NCBI GenBank assembly: GCA_965285935.1
Contig: OZ260666.1
Location: 32,302,001-32,366,000, forward strand
DNA: 64,000 nt
Direction of reading: 5' to 3'
From: Ophelia neglecta
Lineage: Eukaryota
Shown piece after piece: positions 10,126 to 22,709 of the stretch. Each line of letters starts with the position of its first letter. The stretch's first letter is position 1. The notes under the pieces are model-generated. The model was not told the DNA's origin. It was given only the letters and a program-made list of their open reading frames with translations, and ran no database searches. A program made the translations under genes and the position numbers.

Positions 10126-13100
10126 CTGCAAGACAAACAATATATTAGTCATCAAGTGTCTCTACTGTATACATATATCATTAAAACATTCCCACTTGGT
10201 AATGAATGGCAGTGTTTACATTGTAAAATACCTGAGAGGGATGGAGGGAGGGATGGGGGGGGGGGGGGGGGCAGCACGCCCTATTGGGGCAAATATTTCA
10301 GCTCTTTTAATTGGCAGCCCAAGGCATTATTGAATTAAAAAGAATGTGCCTCTTGGTATCAACATTTCTGTATATTCTTAGGGGATTCTCTACTTTGGAG
10401 TGTCTTTGGGGTGTGATGATCTAGGACTTTCAGGAAAGAGCTACAACGCACAAGTACTACTATAATAAATATGCCAAGGCAAGAAGTCTGAGAAGCAAAC
10501 TCCAGGCATCTGACTTTGTTGTTTCTCTTCATAATACAATCAAACAATGTACAGCACATTTGAGAGAGTAAATAATGGGTTGCCCAGAAGAAAACAACAA
10601 CTCATTAACATCTATAGGTTATTTTAGTTTTAGTTGTTAACTCCAGCTTTGCCCTTTGCTGTTTGACTGTAGGTGTGATACAAGGGTCTGTTTATATATA
10701 CCTGTTTATTTGATACTAGGGTCTGTTTATATATACCTGTATATTTGATACTAGGGTCTGTTTATATATACCTGTATATTTGATCCTAGGGTCTGTTTAT
10801 ATATACCTGTATTTTTGATACTAGGGTCTGTTTATATATACCTGTATATTCTATAGTACTAGGGTCTGTTTATATATACCTGTATATTTGATACTAGGGT
10901 ATGTTTATATATACCTGTATATTTGATAGTACTAGGGTCTGTTTATATATACCTGTATATTTGATAGTACTAGGGTCTGTTTATATATACCTGTATATTT
11001 GATACTAGGGTCTGTTTATATATACCTGTATATTTGATACTAGGGTCTGTTTATATATACCTGTATATTTGATACTAGGGTCTGTCGAGGATCCTTTCTC
11101 TGGACTTGGCGGGTGCTTGCCAGTGGACCGTGTGGCAGTGGTAGTGGTGGTAGTTGGCCTAGTGCTGGGTGTTGTGCTGGTGGTAGTGGCTGAAAAGATG
11201 ACAGTTTATTAATTATAAATCTGATATAGAACAAAGAGCAAAGAACTACATGTGGATATGGGGTGTTCAGTTTCACAATACAAACAAGCAATGAATCTCT
11301 AAAATTAAATAAAATGAGTTTCATAACAAAGTATTGGAGTCTCAGTTTAATCCTAGGTTCAGCACTTTGCTAATTTCATACATAAAAGTTAGGTTTATAT
11401 TTAAATGCAATGGACATAGGCCAATAAAATTAAAATCACATAGTAAGCAAATCCATTCATGTCTCAAAGCTTACCCAAAAATTCAAAACATCACAAACAA
11501 AAAAGTGGGGTGCTGTAAACTTGTCAAAGCAAAACAAACAAAAACCCTTAACGTGAATTGAAAACTTACACAGGCAGTCAACAAGTCTAACAATCATTGG
11601 CCCACATTCTCTAACAATGCTTCATATTCTATGATGAATGACAGTTAAAATAAATTATTATGGAATGATTACTCCAAAAACTGGATGCAAGCCGACACCC
11701 ACTAGTGAAGTACCGCCCACCATTGACTACATAGCACCAGGAGGTCAAGTAGCCGCACCTAGGCGCAGCAGCTACAGGTAGGCAACAACAACTGGCACAG
11801 TTCTACACTTCCACAGACTTATTATATTTTATATTTCACCATGTTGACCTGACTGTTTGAAGAAACCAATAACTCCCTACTCTGGTACTACTGCCCTATA
11901 TTTGTTATATTACATGTCTTAATATGTAACTAATGAAAGTTTATGGTTATTCAAGTTATCTAGTAACAACTATGGAATCAGACTAACTAAGCCTCTTATA
12001 TATTGAATTAATTTTGGCATTGATTTATCATATCTCCAAGTGCATGCTCATCACAGCACAGCATTAAGCTATTTGGGTAAATCAAACAAAAGCTAGCCCA
12101 ACCTCCTTATCACTGATTTTATCTCTCTCTAGCACTCCTGACTACTCTAGGCCTTACCTGAGCTACTACGAGTACCCCTGGTGGTGGGGATTGTACTACT
12201 TGTCTGTAGTTTGGTGGTTTCCCTCGGCGGGGCGCTACTTGGCTGAACAGAGGGGACAAGGGTGGTAGTGTTGGAGGCAGCAAGCGTTGGGGTGGCTATA
12301 AAATAAGCAGAAGAAAACCGATACCACTCTTAAATATCAATCAATACAACACATTCCAAATCAACAAGAAATGTACATTAAATTAAATAAAAAGGATGAT
12401 ATACGTGACATTAGAATACATGCTACAAGTGCAATATTAACATGCTATATTAAAATGAACAGTGCATCATGCATTTGAACAAAATCAATGGGTTTCTAAT
12501 TAAATTAATTCCTTAATATGTATGATTACTTAATGCATGCCATGTAAGAGATAGCAAAATGATGTTCATTGATTCAAATTATTTCCAGCAATTAGCACCA
12601 AACATGCAATGGACTTTTTAACTTGTGGCATTATCATGAAGGCAATGGTAAAAAGAAAGGGTAACACTACTTGCAAAGGAAAGTGAGAGTGAACATTGCT
12701 GGTGCCACCACCTGGTGTATGTACATGTATATAATTGTGATGGCACATAGTTCACACACTACTTCTAGAGAGTTAAATGTTATTACAAATCAACATGCGA
12801 GTCTCTGTGCTATTCAAGTGGAGAGTCACGGAGCCAGTTATAAGATTTCTCTCCTTACTACATACATTCCAGGTGACAGTATATAACCTGCTAGACACAT
12901 CTCTGTCCTAGTCATGACACTTGTCACCACACATGATAAATTTCACTTTCTCCATTCACAAAGCTCAGAGAGGCATTCGTTCTCTTTGAACAAGCAGGCA
13001 ATGAGAAGTGAATTTCACGGGATGATAGTGAGGACCACCAGAGCAGTGTGTTCCTACTTGTTATCATAACTTACATTGATCTCATAAAAGTGATTCCATA

Positions 13101-16100
13101 CCAGGGGTTCCCAGTTTATAATTTCATTTATCATCCGTACATTTCAAACTTCAATGAAGTAAATGTGGCCACAAAGAGAACCACATGCTAAACAAATTTA
13201 GTCAAAAATCTAGGTATTGATACAAGTTAACTTAGTTAAACTTGTTATTTGTCATGTACATTGTGTATTTCAGAGCTATTTCATTTTTTTGTATATGTAC
13301 TCGTAGCTAAGACTAAACAAAGCTAGTCATCAAGTTAAAATTCTTTTGTTTGATGCCAAGAGGTGTCTAGCTGTCGTAGATGTTGTTCACTCAGCGTCAA
13401 GAGCATTCCTTGCCCTAAGCTACAAGATGTGCCGTCAGAATGACAGCAAAAACTAATGAACATTACAAGTTTTTGGATGCCCAGCATTATAACAGTGGAA
13501 TGAACATTACAGAAATGTTTGTCCCTGGCTGGTGAAAAAACCTGGATGTCTCAAGCAAAAATCACCACTAGAATGGCTCATATCAAGCATGCAAGACTCC
13601 TTTAATTGTTTGTAACCTTCCATGTTTTTTATGAACAAACACTTTCACTGTTTTTTTTTTGTAAAATTTAGGTGCAGGATGTAACTTCTGATTGTGTTTT
13701 ATTTCAATTGTGATAAAATACACCGGTAACAATTGTTTCTGTTCAAGTCCCATTCATTAACCCCCGAGCTGTATATTCCAACAGAACATTCTAGAGATTC
13801 AACATTTCCAAATTTTCAGCTTTGACTCTATGTATACTCTATACTAAATTTATAGCAGCTTTTTTAAACCAGAATTACTACAATGAATTTAACACCACTA
13901 TGGTTCAGGCACACATTCTAAGCCCAAGTTAAGAGTAAACCTGATTATTTCAATTATGGAAATTAATTAATTTATACAGTCCGGTTGGATTAGCATTGTT
14001 CTTAATTAATGTGATTTGAGCAAATAATTCATTGTTTCAAAAGAATCAATTAATTGCTTCAGATTTTGCCCACAACTGTAGGTATAAAGTATGCACCGGA
14101 TCTACATATACATGTCTATTGATCATCATTTGGTAACATTTTAACAATACCAGAGAAAGGTGTACATGGGACCAACAAGTTTATTTAAGACAGGGTGAAA
14201 TGGAAGCAATGAGGTCCTGTTTAAAGAGTGTCTGTACCTCCACCATAAAGACATGGTAACACCAGACCATAATGAGAAAGGCAGAAATTCAGGAAGGTTT
14301 CTACTACCGTGGGGAAATGAAAGTGGTAAGACAGAGAGATGATATTTGGTTAGCTGCGGACACGCATCCTCGTGAGATGCTTACAGAAAGATTGTCAAAT
14401 TCATCTGGGACAAAAGAGTACCATTTTTGACATTTTATGGTCAGGCCTTCTGATTAGCATAGAGATCAATTTGTTTTATGACCACAGCCTATTGCTTCAC
14501 ACGCCTCGGTCATGGAGTGCAATTTGAGGGTCGATTTCATTAAAATAAAAAAGAAAACAAACATCAATAAGACCACATCCATTTGGCAGTGTAGGGACTG
14601 TTAAATAGATAAAGATAGTCACCAGAGGTATAAATTTACTAGTTTTTATGTACACATTTAGCTTCATGTACAAAATGTACTGTATCTTCTCAACTCCTAG
14701 AGTTGAGGGATCAATAATGCAACAGTTAAATGAAGCCATCCATTGACATGGAATGACACATTCAATATGCCTACTGTAATATACCATAATATTAGGGCTG
14801 CTGGGTGCATAATCCAATCATGTGTATTGAATGGCTTGCTGGTGAGCATGGGACAGTACGCCACCAGTGTCCACAGCCATCAGGTTGGAGGGGCAGCATG
14901 CAGGCTCCACATGAGAGCTGTAGATATTATAGCCTGCTCCCAGGCGTCTCTTCACAGGCACCCGCCATGATTTGAGGGTGTGGAAACATTCAGCTTGTTG
15001 GCTTTGTTCCACATAAATGTGCCCATGAATACATAAACTCAGGGAGAAATAAGTTCACCCACCCTAAAAGTATGCACGGGTGATAAAGTATGTCATATGT
15101 CTAGGTTTACAATATGGCACCCTACAATGAGTAGGTATTCCGATAAAAGTAGCTTTAAAAAAAGAGATAAGAGAGGTGAAAAAACTTCATAAATCTTGTT
15201 GACATCCTGGAGTATCAAGTGATAGAAACAGAGCAAAAGGTGAAGAAGATGATGATGTATAGATAAGATAGTAGAGGAGTTATTAGCTGACTGGGGGATC
15301 TCCGCTGATATACATGTTATCACTCACAATATTAGAGGCAGCTACAGTCACCCGAGTATATCACAAAATTCATCAATACGTGAAACCACAGTACGTCATG
15401 GCTTGAAATTAGTCCATTGAGCAAAGACAACATCAAAGAAGGTATTGTAACAAACAAAAATGGTGATTAACAGTTTTTCTGAACAATATCTTAAAGCAGC
15501 ATGCAAAAATAGCAAGCACAGAAATGCACCAAGCAAAGGCAATGAAAATACAAACCTTTAAACGAAAAAAAATGGGATCCCCGGGGAAATTAGTACAAGA
15601 GGGTTGTATACATGTATATGACAATCTATATATTGGCTGACTTACTTGTCGAAGGTTCACAACACACCCGTATTGTGAGCTTCATATTTTTATAGTGACA
15701 AGCACCACGTTGTAAGTTCATAATCCCATCTTTGCTCCCAGAAGATGTGGCTGAAAGGTAAATGTCATATTTTGAGAATTAATGCATTGGCAAAATATTT
15801 TACTGCTCAGTAAATTGATCAATGAAGTTGACGATGAGATCTTATAGTCAATCAGTGGATCATTTGGAACATGAGAAAGCTGGAGTTTGTTTGTTAGACC
15901 ATGAGCATTGATTGGGGTTTTGGTTGGCTCATTCAGTGTTTAAGTCACTTTTTTATTTTCCCTTTCACTTTCATGCCACATCATGCAGGCCATCATTCTC
16001 AATCCCAGTTATAAACCTTTTCATTTCCAATCAACTGCACATAATCTGAGCAAAAATTCAGACCACAAATTGACAAAAAATCCTGAACAAATGTAAAAAT

Positions 16101-19100
16101 CCATGCCCTTCAAAATGGGAGGATGTAATATTTATATTCAAGAGGGCCCCACGCCATGTCTCTAACTAAAATCAATGGGTGTTCAATGACATGTGAACAG
16201 CTGACAAATAGGCCTTTGATCTGAGCGGCAGCGATACAGCTTCTCAGGTGGGCAGTGCCCAGGACTATCAATACAGGTAAAATGGTCTAAATTAATGGCA
16301 CTGAGTACCGGAGGCATTCATCTGGGTAGCATCTGATCTACTCCCAGCCTACTGCAGCCACAGTCCACATGGCACCAGGTAAGAAATATGTTACTGCTAT
16401 GATTGATTATTATCAATTTTGCAGAACTCTCACAACCACATGGCGAGGAGCCACATCAGATCTATTAAATCTTTCATCTCTTTTCACACTATTCTATATT
16501 ACCAATACCGGTACTCAGTGCTAGCACTCTTTGATATCAAGCATAGCTCGGTGTTGGCTGCAACAGAGGTGGATGAGAGATCCCCCCCCCCCATCCCCCA
16601 CTTGGGCGGCTTGGGCCCCTGATCTCCCTCTCCTGCTGGCCTCTCCATCTCTCATTCTACCAGCTTACAGGCGTGCAATGCGCCTAGCTTGTTTTCCCAC
16701 AGACTCAAGTTCCACATTTAACACAGTTTTCTCAATTTGACATTGATTTTGGCAAGGACACAACTGAAAACAAAGTTGTCCTCCCTTATGATCTGAAGCA
16801 TGGCAGTTTGTCCAGTTGGCAGGAAGTGACCCTGAAGGCAGAGTCAGCTCAAGTACCACACAGCACAAGAATGCCTGGCCTCACTGAGCAAATAATAACA
16901 GAAACAAGACTTTCTGCAGGTGATTGTGTCACTATTGATGGTGTAGACAACATATCATTGGTAATAAGGCTTTTTTCTTGTGACTACCCCATTTACTTTT
17001 TATCACTTGATAGAATGTAAGTAACACCCTTAAATACAAGATTTCACAGACAATAAAGTTTAAGTATCAGAAGTATGTTATATAATACCAATTTTATGAA
17101 GCTTTAACTTTAATTTCCACCTTTATTATGTAATTTTTTATAAGTTACATTGCTAGCACTAAAAGGTTCCACTTTGCTTGGGAAAACTATTCATTAAAAA
17201 AAATAAGCCCATTCAATTGACAATGTTTAGATACTCACAAATATAATAATACGTCCCCCCTGCTCTGAATTCTGGCACATTTGGTATTGACTGGAACGGC
17301 TCAAAGAGGATTGTAAACCTCTTCTTTTGGCGTGGGTCACTACAGTTTACAATCATGACCGCTGTACTGTCAGAGTATATACTACAGTCATCATATTCTT
17401 TTTTTGTAACCTGAAAAAAACAAATTTAAACACAATTTAATTTCATTTTGAGAAATCAGTAAAAGAACAATAAGAGAACAAGCCTAGCAAAATCATGAAA
17501 CACTTGTGCCGCACCAATGATACTAGAATTTTTTCTTGTCTTTGGCACAACTTTTTCTGTGTTGGAAGCACCCTCCCAGAGAACCATGCCTGCAGACAGA
17601 CTTATGGGACTAGAAAGCCCAAAATGGAAGCATGATAAATCATTATCAATCAGAGGTTACTAGCAGTTATGATTAACGAGGGAATAGTCCAAATGCCACC
17701 GGAATATATGTGGTCTGCAGAAATATGGCTATGCATCTTTCATTCTGACAGACATATTGTTTTGCTTTGGCCATAAAAATATGAATTACTGATCTTCCAG
17801 TGTTATTGATTGAGTGTATAGAGGGTAATTTGGATGTTAGTGCTCCACAAACAGGAAAAACTCAAATGGCCTTTGTTTTCTCTGGAGATTGGTACAAACT
17901 TGGTTCAAACTCATACATCTTCCAACCAGCTCAAACAGCAACTAAATGAGATCCCTCACAAATGATTAAGGATCTTCTATTAGGATTAGACCCACTGAGA
18001 AGGGGCCGTGGACTCCCCTTTGCCGAGTTCATGACAATAGGAAGCCAGGTCGGAAGTCAGAGCTGGGAAGTCCCAGCTCCCTGGCGCCATGGACCCACTG
18101 ACAGATACTGACAGACAGATAACACCATTTTCTCATCTCAACATCCTGCCGTGATTCCTAAAGGAATTTATTACTGGCCAAAGATAGTAAAATGTGTCAG
18201 AAAATAACCAATATGTGAGAATGTTTGCCTGTGAATTAAACTGGACCTACAATATAGTCAATCCCATTTATAATGACTATCAATGGGGATCAATTGCTTC
18301 TCTTCCATTTCAGAAAAGACACAATGCCATGGAAGCTAAATTCAGAGAGCATAAACAGCATGCAATGGAAGTGGTTTATGGCTCCTAAAGCCTGTAAAAT
18401 ACTACCGAGACATGTATAGAGCCCCATCTATAATGTTTGGAGCTTTCATTTCAATTGGGAGAGTATCCGAGGCTCTTTATGGCCCAATTACTATGTCCTC
18501 TACTCAGTAGTAATAAAGCTGAAAGTTTCTAGACCGGAAGGTGTCCAGCCTTTGTTTTGACTCAGATGACATTATTATTTCCAAATGTCTCATTTTATCC
18601 TCTCATCTTTCATTAAGATGCTGTACTAAACATGACAAAAGTAGCATTCTTTGGACCTTTTATTTCTTATTTAACTCCCCAAACTTCAGCTGGAGAAGAA
18701 TTGATTTTCCCCCGTTTAGATCAGAGAGTGCCCCAGGGGATCCTAGGATGAGGAGTGATTGAGACAACTCTACCAAAGAAGTGCAGTTTTTTTGTCTAAA
18801 AATAATAAGCCATGGGAACATAGAATTCCCATGCAGGATGGGCGGCTTTTCCTGCCTCATATAATGGTAATATTACTTGTGCCATGAGGGATATGCCAGG
18901 AGGAGAGGGTCAAAGATGATCTATGTGGAGGGTAATACTGATGTATCTGTAGTCGAAATCCAATAGAAAGGGGTTGATGGTTGTGGCTGTAGATTGACAA
19001 TAGACTGGTGCTGTAATCGGATTCAATCAAACATCCTGATAAATTATAATTGGCTCTGCCTGCCACTATGTTCACTTCACATTCATCTGATAAAAAGAAT

Positions 19101-19400
19101 TGCTTCCCTACAGTGGGCAAGCATTTGTTTTTATTGATATGATCACTTTCAATGATAAACTAACAGAAGAAAAGACATAAGCTGTTCAATGTGAATTGAA
19201 TTACTCAATTTGAAAAATAGTTTTCTTGCTAATCTTTCCATACTGAATGGTAAAAAATATGACAAATTGTACTTACTTGATGTATAATATAGTATTCATA
19301 TAAATGTGGATCGGTTCCTTGTGGGAAGTGTGGACATATAAAGTCTATCTCGTCATATAGGTTGACTTCTATGATATGGTCATTGTTACTTGTTTTGAAC
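9953..19400 (-). CDS. Efn: Ephrin (Eph receptor ligand), GPI-anchored type; 5'-partial, 6 coding exons visible: join(19277-19400,17239-17410,15646-15750,12158-12295,11061-11189,9953-10125)
   Basis: Hand-spliced translation is open for 279 aa: FKTSNNDHIIEVNLYDEIDFICPHFPQGTDPHLYEYYIIHQ|VTKKEYDDCSIYSDSTAVMIVNCSDPRQKKRFTILFEPFQSIPNVPEFRAGGTYYYI|STSSGSKDGIMNLQRGACHYKNMKLTIRVCCEPST|(S/T/P stalk)|DKSSG...NDSSARTPHYSHTLLGCSVTFLVVYLVWR*. Ephrin hallmarks are DxIDFICP, EYYI, the four core Cys, FT..F..F, EFxxGxxYYYIST and MK..VCC. All introns are GT-AG and all phases match. Confidence 0.95.
10676..11085. repeat. 35/38-nt minisatellite, ~11.5 copies, spanning the ephrin exon 6/intron 6 boundary
   Basis: Minus-strand unit ACAGACCCTAGTATCAAATATACAG|GTATATATAA = 25 nt of exon plus 10 nt of intron. 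Confidence 0.97.
11061..11189 (-). CDS. Efn: Ephrin exon 6 (mucin-like stalk)
   Basis: Acceptor ctgtcatcttttcag|; donor CAG|gtatat, the first of 11 tandem copies; 129 nt, phase 1->1; ATTTSTTPSTRPTTTTTTATRSTGKHPPSPEKGSSTDPSIKYT. Confidence 0.85.
12158..12295 (-). CDS. Efn: Ephrin exon 5 (mucin-like stalk)
   Basis: Acceptor ttttcttctgcttattttatag|; donor CAG|gtaagg; 138 nt, phase 1->1; TTPTLAASNTTTLVPSVQPSSAPPRETTKLQTSSTIPTTRGTRSSS. Confidence 0.88.
15646..15750 (-). CDS. Efn: Ephrin exon 4 (end of the receptor-binding domain)
   Basis: Acceptor atttacctttcag|; donor |gtaagt; 105 nt, phase 1->1; STSSGSKDGIMNLQRGACHYKNMKLTIRVCCEPST. Confidence 0.93.
17239..17410 (-). CDS. Efn: Ephrin exon 3 (core of the receptor-binding domain including the G-H loop)
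   Basis: Acceptor ttgtttttttcag|; donor |gtgagt; 172 nt, phase 0->1; VTKKEYDDC...NCSDP...RFTILFEPFQSIPNVPEFRAGGTYYYI. Confidence 0.95.
19277..19400 (-). CDS. Efn: Ephrin exon 2 (first visible; N-terminal part of the receptor-binding domain)
   Basis: Acceptor tttccttttatttgcag|G; donor CAA|gtaagt; 124 nt, phase 2->0; encodes FKTSNNDHIIEVNLYDEIDFICPHF...YEYYIIHQ. A phase-2 intron just before this F matches the exon1/exon2 junction of vertebrate ephrins (after YWNSSN). Confidence 0.95.
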
Positions 19401-22366
19401 CTGCAAATAAAAGGAAATCATTATTATTAAAATCAGGTTCCATATATGGGTATTTAATCCTTACACAATGGACAAATATTCTGTTAATAACTTGTCATAC
19501 ATGTACAATGGGGTATAGCCATGGCTAGTGAGGATGTTGAACAACACACGTACCTGTACAAGATACAACCAATACTCATAATTAGAGAGGACATAGACTG
19601 GTAAGGTGCTATGGTAATGTTTGCCATGATTTGTTCTTCAAAGAAATTGGAGAGGAAGACCTGTATAAAGCTATTCATCATTCTGCCAACACTTGTAAAC
19701 TATACCAGCTTTATTAATCATTGTGGCATTTGGATCGGTGACACTATCTAAAAGACCTGTCCCTGGCTTCACTCCATTGTCAGTCTCAGCCATTTAGGGA
19801 GGTTTTCTGTATTTCAGTTTTGCTCAGACCATATAAGATTGTCTTTGCATTACCTTCATATATTAGAACAACTGTGACGACAATGCATTGACACCAAGTG
19901 TCAAGATTTTTTATGAAGAGGTTACAAACAAGGAGAAAAACCTATGGATCCCCTCTCTGAAACTTACAAATAGTGATTGTACAATGCCAGGGAGCTATGT
20001 TCATGTACGATGTAAAGCAAGGCTTGAGCGACACACTAGAAACCCTCAGCTATGTTACACAGTTTGATATCCACAAGTTTATTTATTCAAAAAATTTAAA
20101 ATAAGCTGAATATACTGGTGACAAGAGCACATGTAATGGAATAAGAGAGAACAAAATGAAACTGGTTTTATAACTGAAACATGGACACCATACATAACTG
20201 CTGTCATGTTAACTGACATCTTGAATAATCAGAAGTAAAATTTTCATTCCATTGTGTCACAAGGCCAAACATGTCCATGAATGTGGTAGATGTGATCTAA
20301 CATTTGCCTTGTTCTCTTGACTTTGCCATCTTAGTTTGGCAGGAATGGCAAAAAGTGTTTAGGCTGCTGTCACACAGCCCTGTATACATGGTGGGCCTAA
20401 CAGCCTGGCTCACAGACACAGTTTATCAAGACCCCTTTTTAATGTGAAGTCTTCGCCCTCGGCCTGTAATGATACTGTGGGCCTTGGCTCGCAGCCTTAT
20501 ATTTGTATAATATTCTTGTTTCATAAAATGCTCCAAGCAGTTTTCTTTGTTCAGTGATATTGCTCATTGCCTTAGTTATTTAGAAATTTGAGACGTGTAT
20601 ACATTTCCAAACAATACCTATGTGTGTGACAGGGTTAAATTTGCAGATTATTAGGGAGAAATTATACTTTCAATGACTTGCAGCAAATTTAAGCTTCTGA
20701 TAAATGTTTATTCTCTAATTGGATCTGTGATTTTGTATCAACAAATATTTTCCTTTAACAAAGGAATGCCTTTCTTCATGGCAAACTTAGGTCTGACGTC
20801 TTTCATCTGTCAAATCATATGAAATCACCATATACAGTGAACAAGAATGAATTTAATGACAAGATCATTTTTTTAATGTTCATAAATGTAGCATAAGGAC
20901 TTAACATGTAGGATTGTTGTTTTCTGCATGTCTTCACCCGCCTTATTAATTAGGTGTCAATGTAGACAATACTCTAGCCCTCCAGGTGGCTGTTATACAC
21001 CCTCCTTCATACAGACTCTCCCCTTGTAAGGGTCACTGAGAAGGGCTGTGCCCCTACAAGGCCATTATACTCCAGGATACACCAGGATTCTCCTACATTT
21101 CACTAACACAATATCTCTCCAGCAATACCACAAGCAGCTGAAAAGTATCAAATGTCCTCATTGAAAGCGATGAGACCCAATTACTAGTATCTGAGACAGT
21201 CTTTTCTACACTCAATAGATTTCAAGTTTGCCAGATAAATGCATTTCTATCATTAGTAACACAAATTTGCACTCTGAATATTGTGAAGAGGTTTTCAAGT
21301 GACAATCTCACTTGGCCTAAAGCTCTGCAGATGGTTTGAAATATAATATAAATAAATCTCCTCTGGTGATAGAACAAAAACTGGTATTTTAATCTATATA
21401 AGAGGCACCCTACAAGAGGGAAGGCCTACTTGTGAAGTGCTTTTAAAACTAAACTCTAAGAAGTTGGCTAGACATAACAATTCTTTCAAGGGGACCCTGA
21501 GATCTAATGAAGACTTCTCAGTCACCAGAAGTAAGTGAGAAAATGACATTATTCAGAGATAACAAGGAAAAGAGCATCCCTGCCATTCTGTCCCAGGCAG
21601 TTTCAATAGTCTTGAACACAAAAAGAATTTTCTGTATTACAAAGGAGGAAGACCTTGTATTAGAGTATTGTGCACTGTCATCATTACACAAACAAGTCAT
21701 GTATAATGAGGATATGTACAAAAATATATACCAGAAAGTCAGTTAGTTGCTCTTTGTTCAGAGTATCTTGATCCAATACTTAAGAGGTTTACTTTAATCT
21801 ATCACAAAGAACATAATCTGAGGGTTGCCTTTGAAATCACAGTGTCTTTCTCCATCCCAGAACAAATAAAGATAACTAGCCAACAGACCTTCCTTTAACA
21901 AAGTACACGGCCAAGTTAGTTCCTTTCAAATCAAGACTGCACATTGTTCTGTTCAAAGAAAAGCTTTTGCATCTACCCAGATAAGATTGTAACTGGGGCA
22001 GCAGAAAGAGCAATAAGAAAGATAAATCTATCACTTGAGTCAATTGAACTCAATTCTATTTTGTTTATGGAAATAACACATGTAAAATAGTTACATTTGA
22101 AGCACTTTTCACAGCTTTGTTGATGGTATCTTTGGCAGTGATATTGGCAGGTTTAGAAAACCCCTATCTTCCATGGGTCTATATGGTAACTATACTCAGA
22201 CTCGGAGCCCCATCCAATTGATTTGCCTGGAGATGTCATATAGACTGAGAGCCAGGGTCGTGTTCATCTGGGACTAGAACTGGAGGATGTCATAGCAGTG
22301 ACTGTATCAGATGTCACCACAGACAGACCAGGATTACACACATCTGACAATCTGACATCAGCCACC

Positions 22367-22409
22367 AGACAATCAGTAGACAATCAGTAGACAATCAGTA
22401 GACAATCAG
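22367..22409. repeat. 11-nt tandem repeat x4
   Basis: AGACAATCAGT repeated. Confidence 0.9.
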
Positions 22410-22709
22410 GGGTGCTAGAAGAGTAACTCTCAGACATAACCTTGATACCAGCATGGACCACTTGATCAAAACTTCACTATAAAACTACTCAGCTGCCGGC
22501 AAAACAATGTTATTTACCCAATCAGGCTCCGTGCGCTGAAAACCATTTATTTATTTAAAAAACTGAAACAAGATTGCCACAATCTCTTAAGATTTTAATG
22601 CAAAGACTGGCTTGGTGGATGAAGCCGAAGTGGATGTCTTAGCTATCTATGATTGTAGGTTAAGATGAAGGCAAGGCAAAATTAATGAGGTAAAAAAAAG
22701 AAAACTAAA

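Noticed and set aside
11040-11324. ORF-track 94-aa ORF
   Set aside because: It overlaps ephrin exon 6 in the wrong frame; the spliced Thr-rich frame fits the flanking exon phases.
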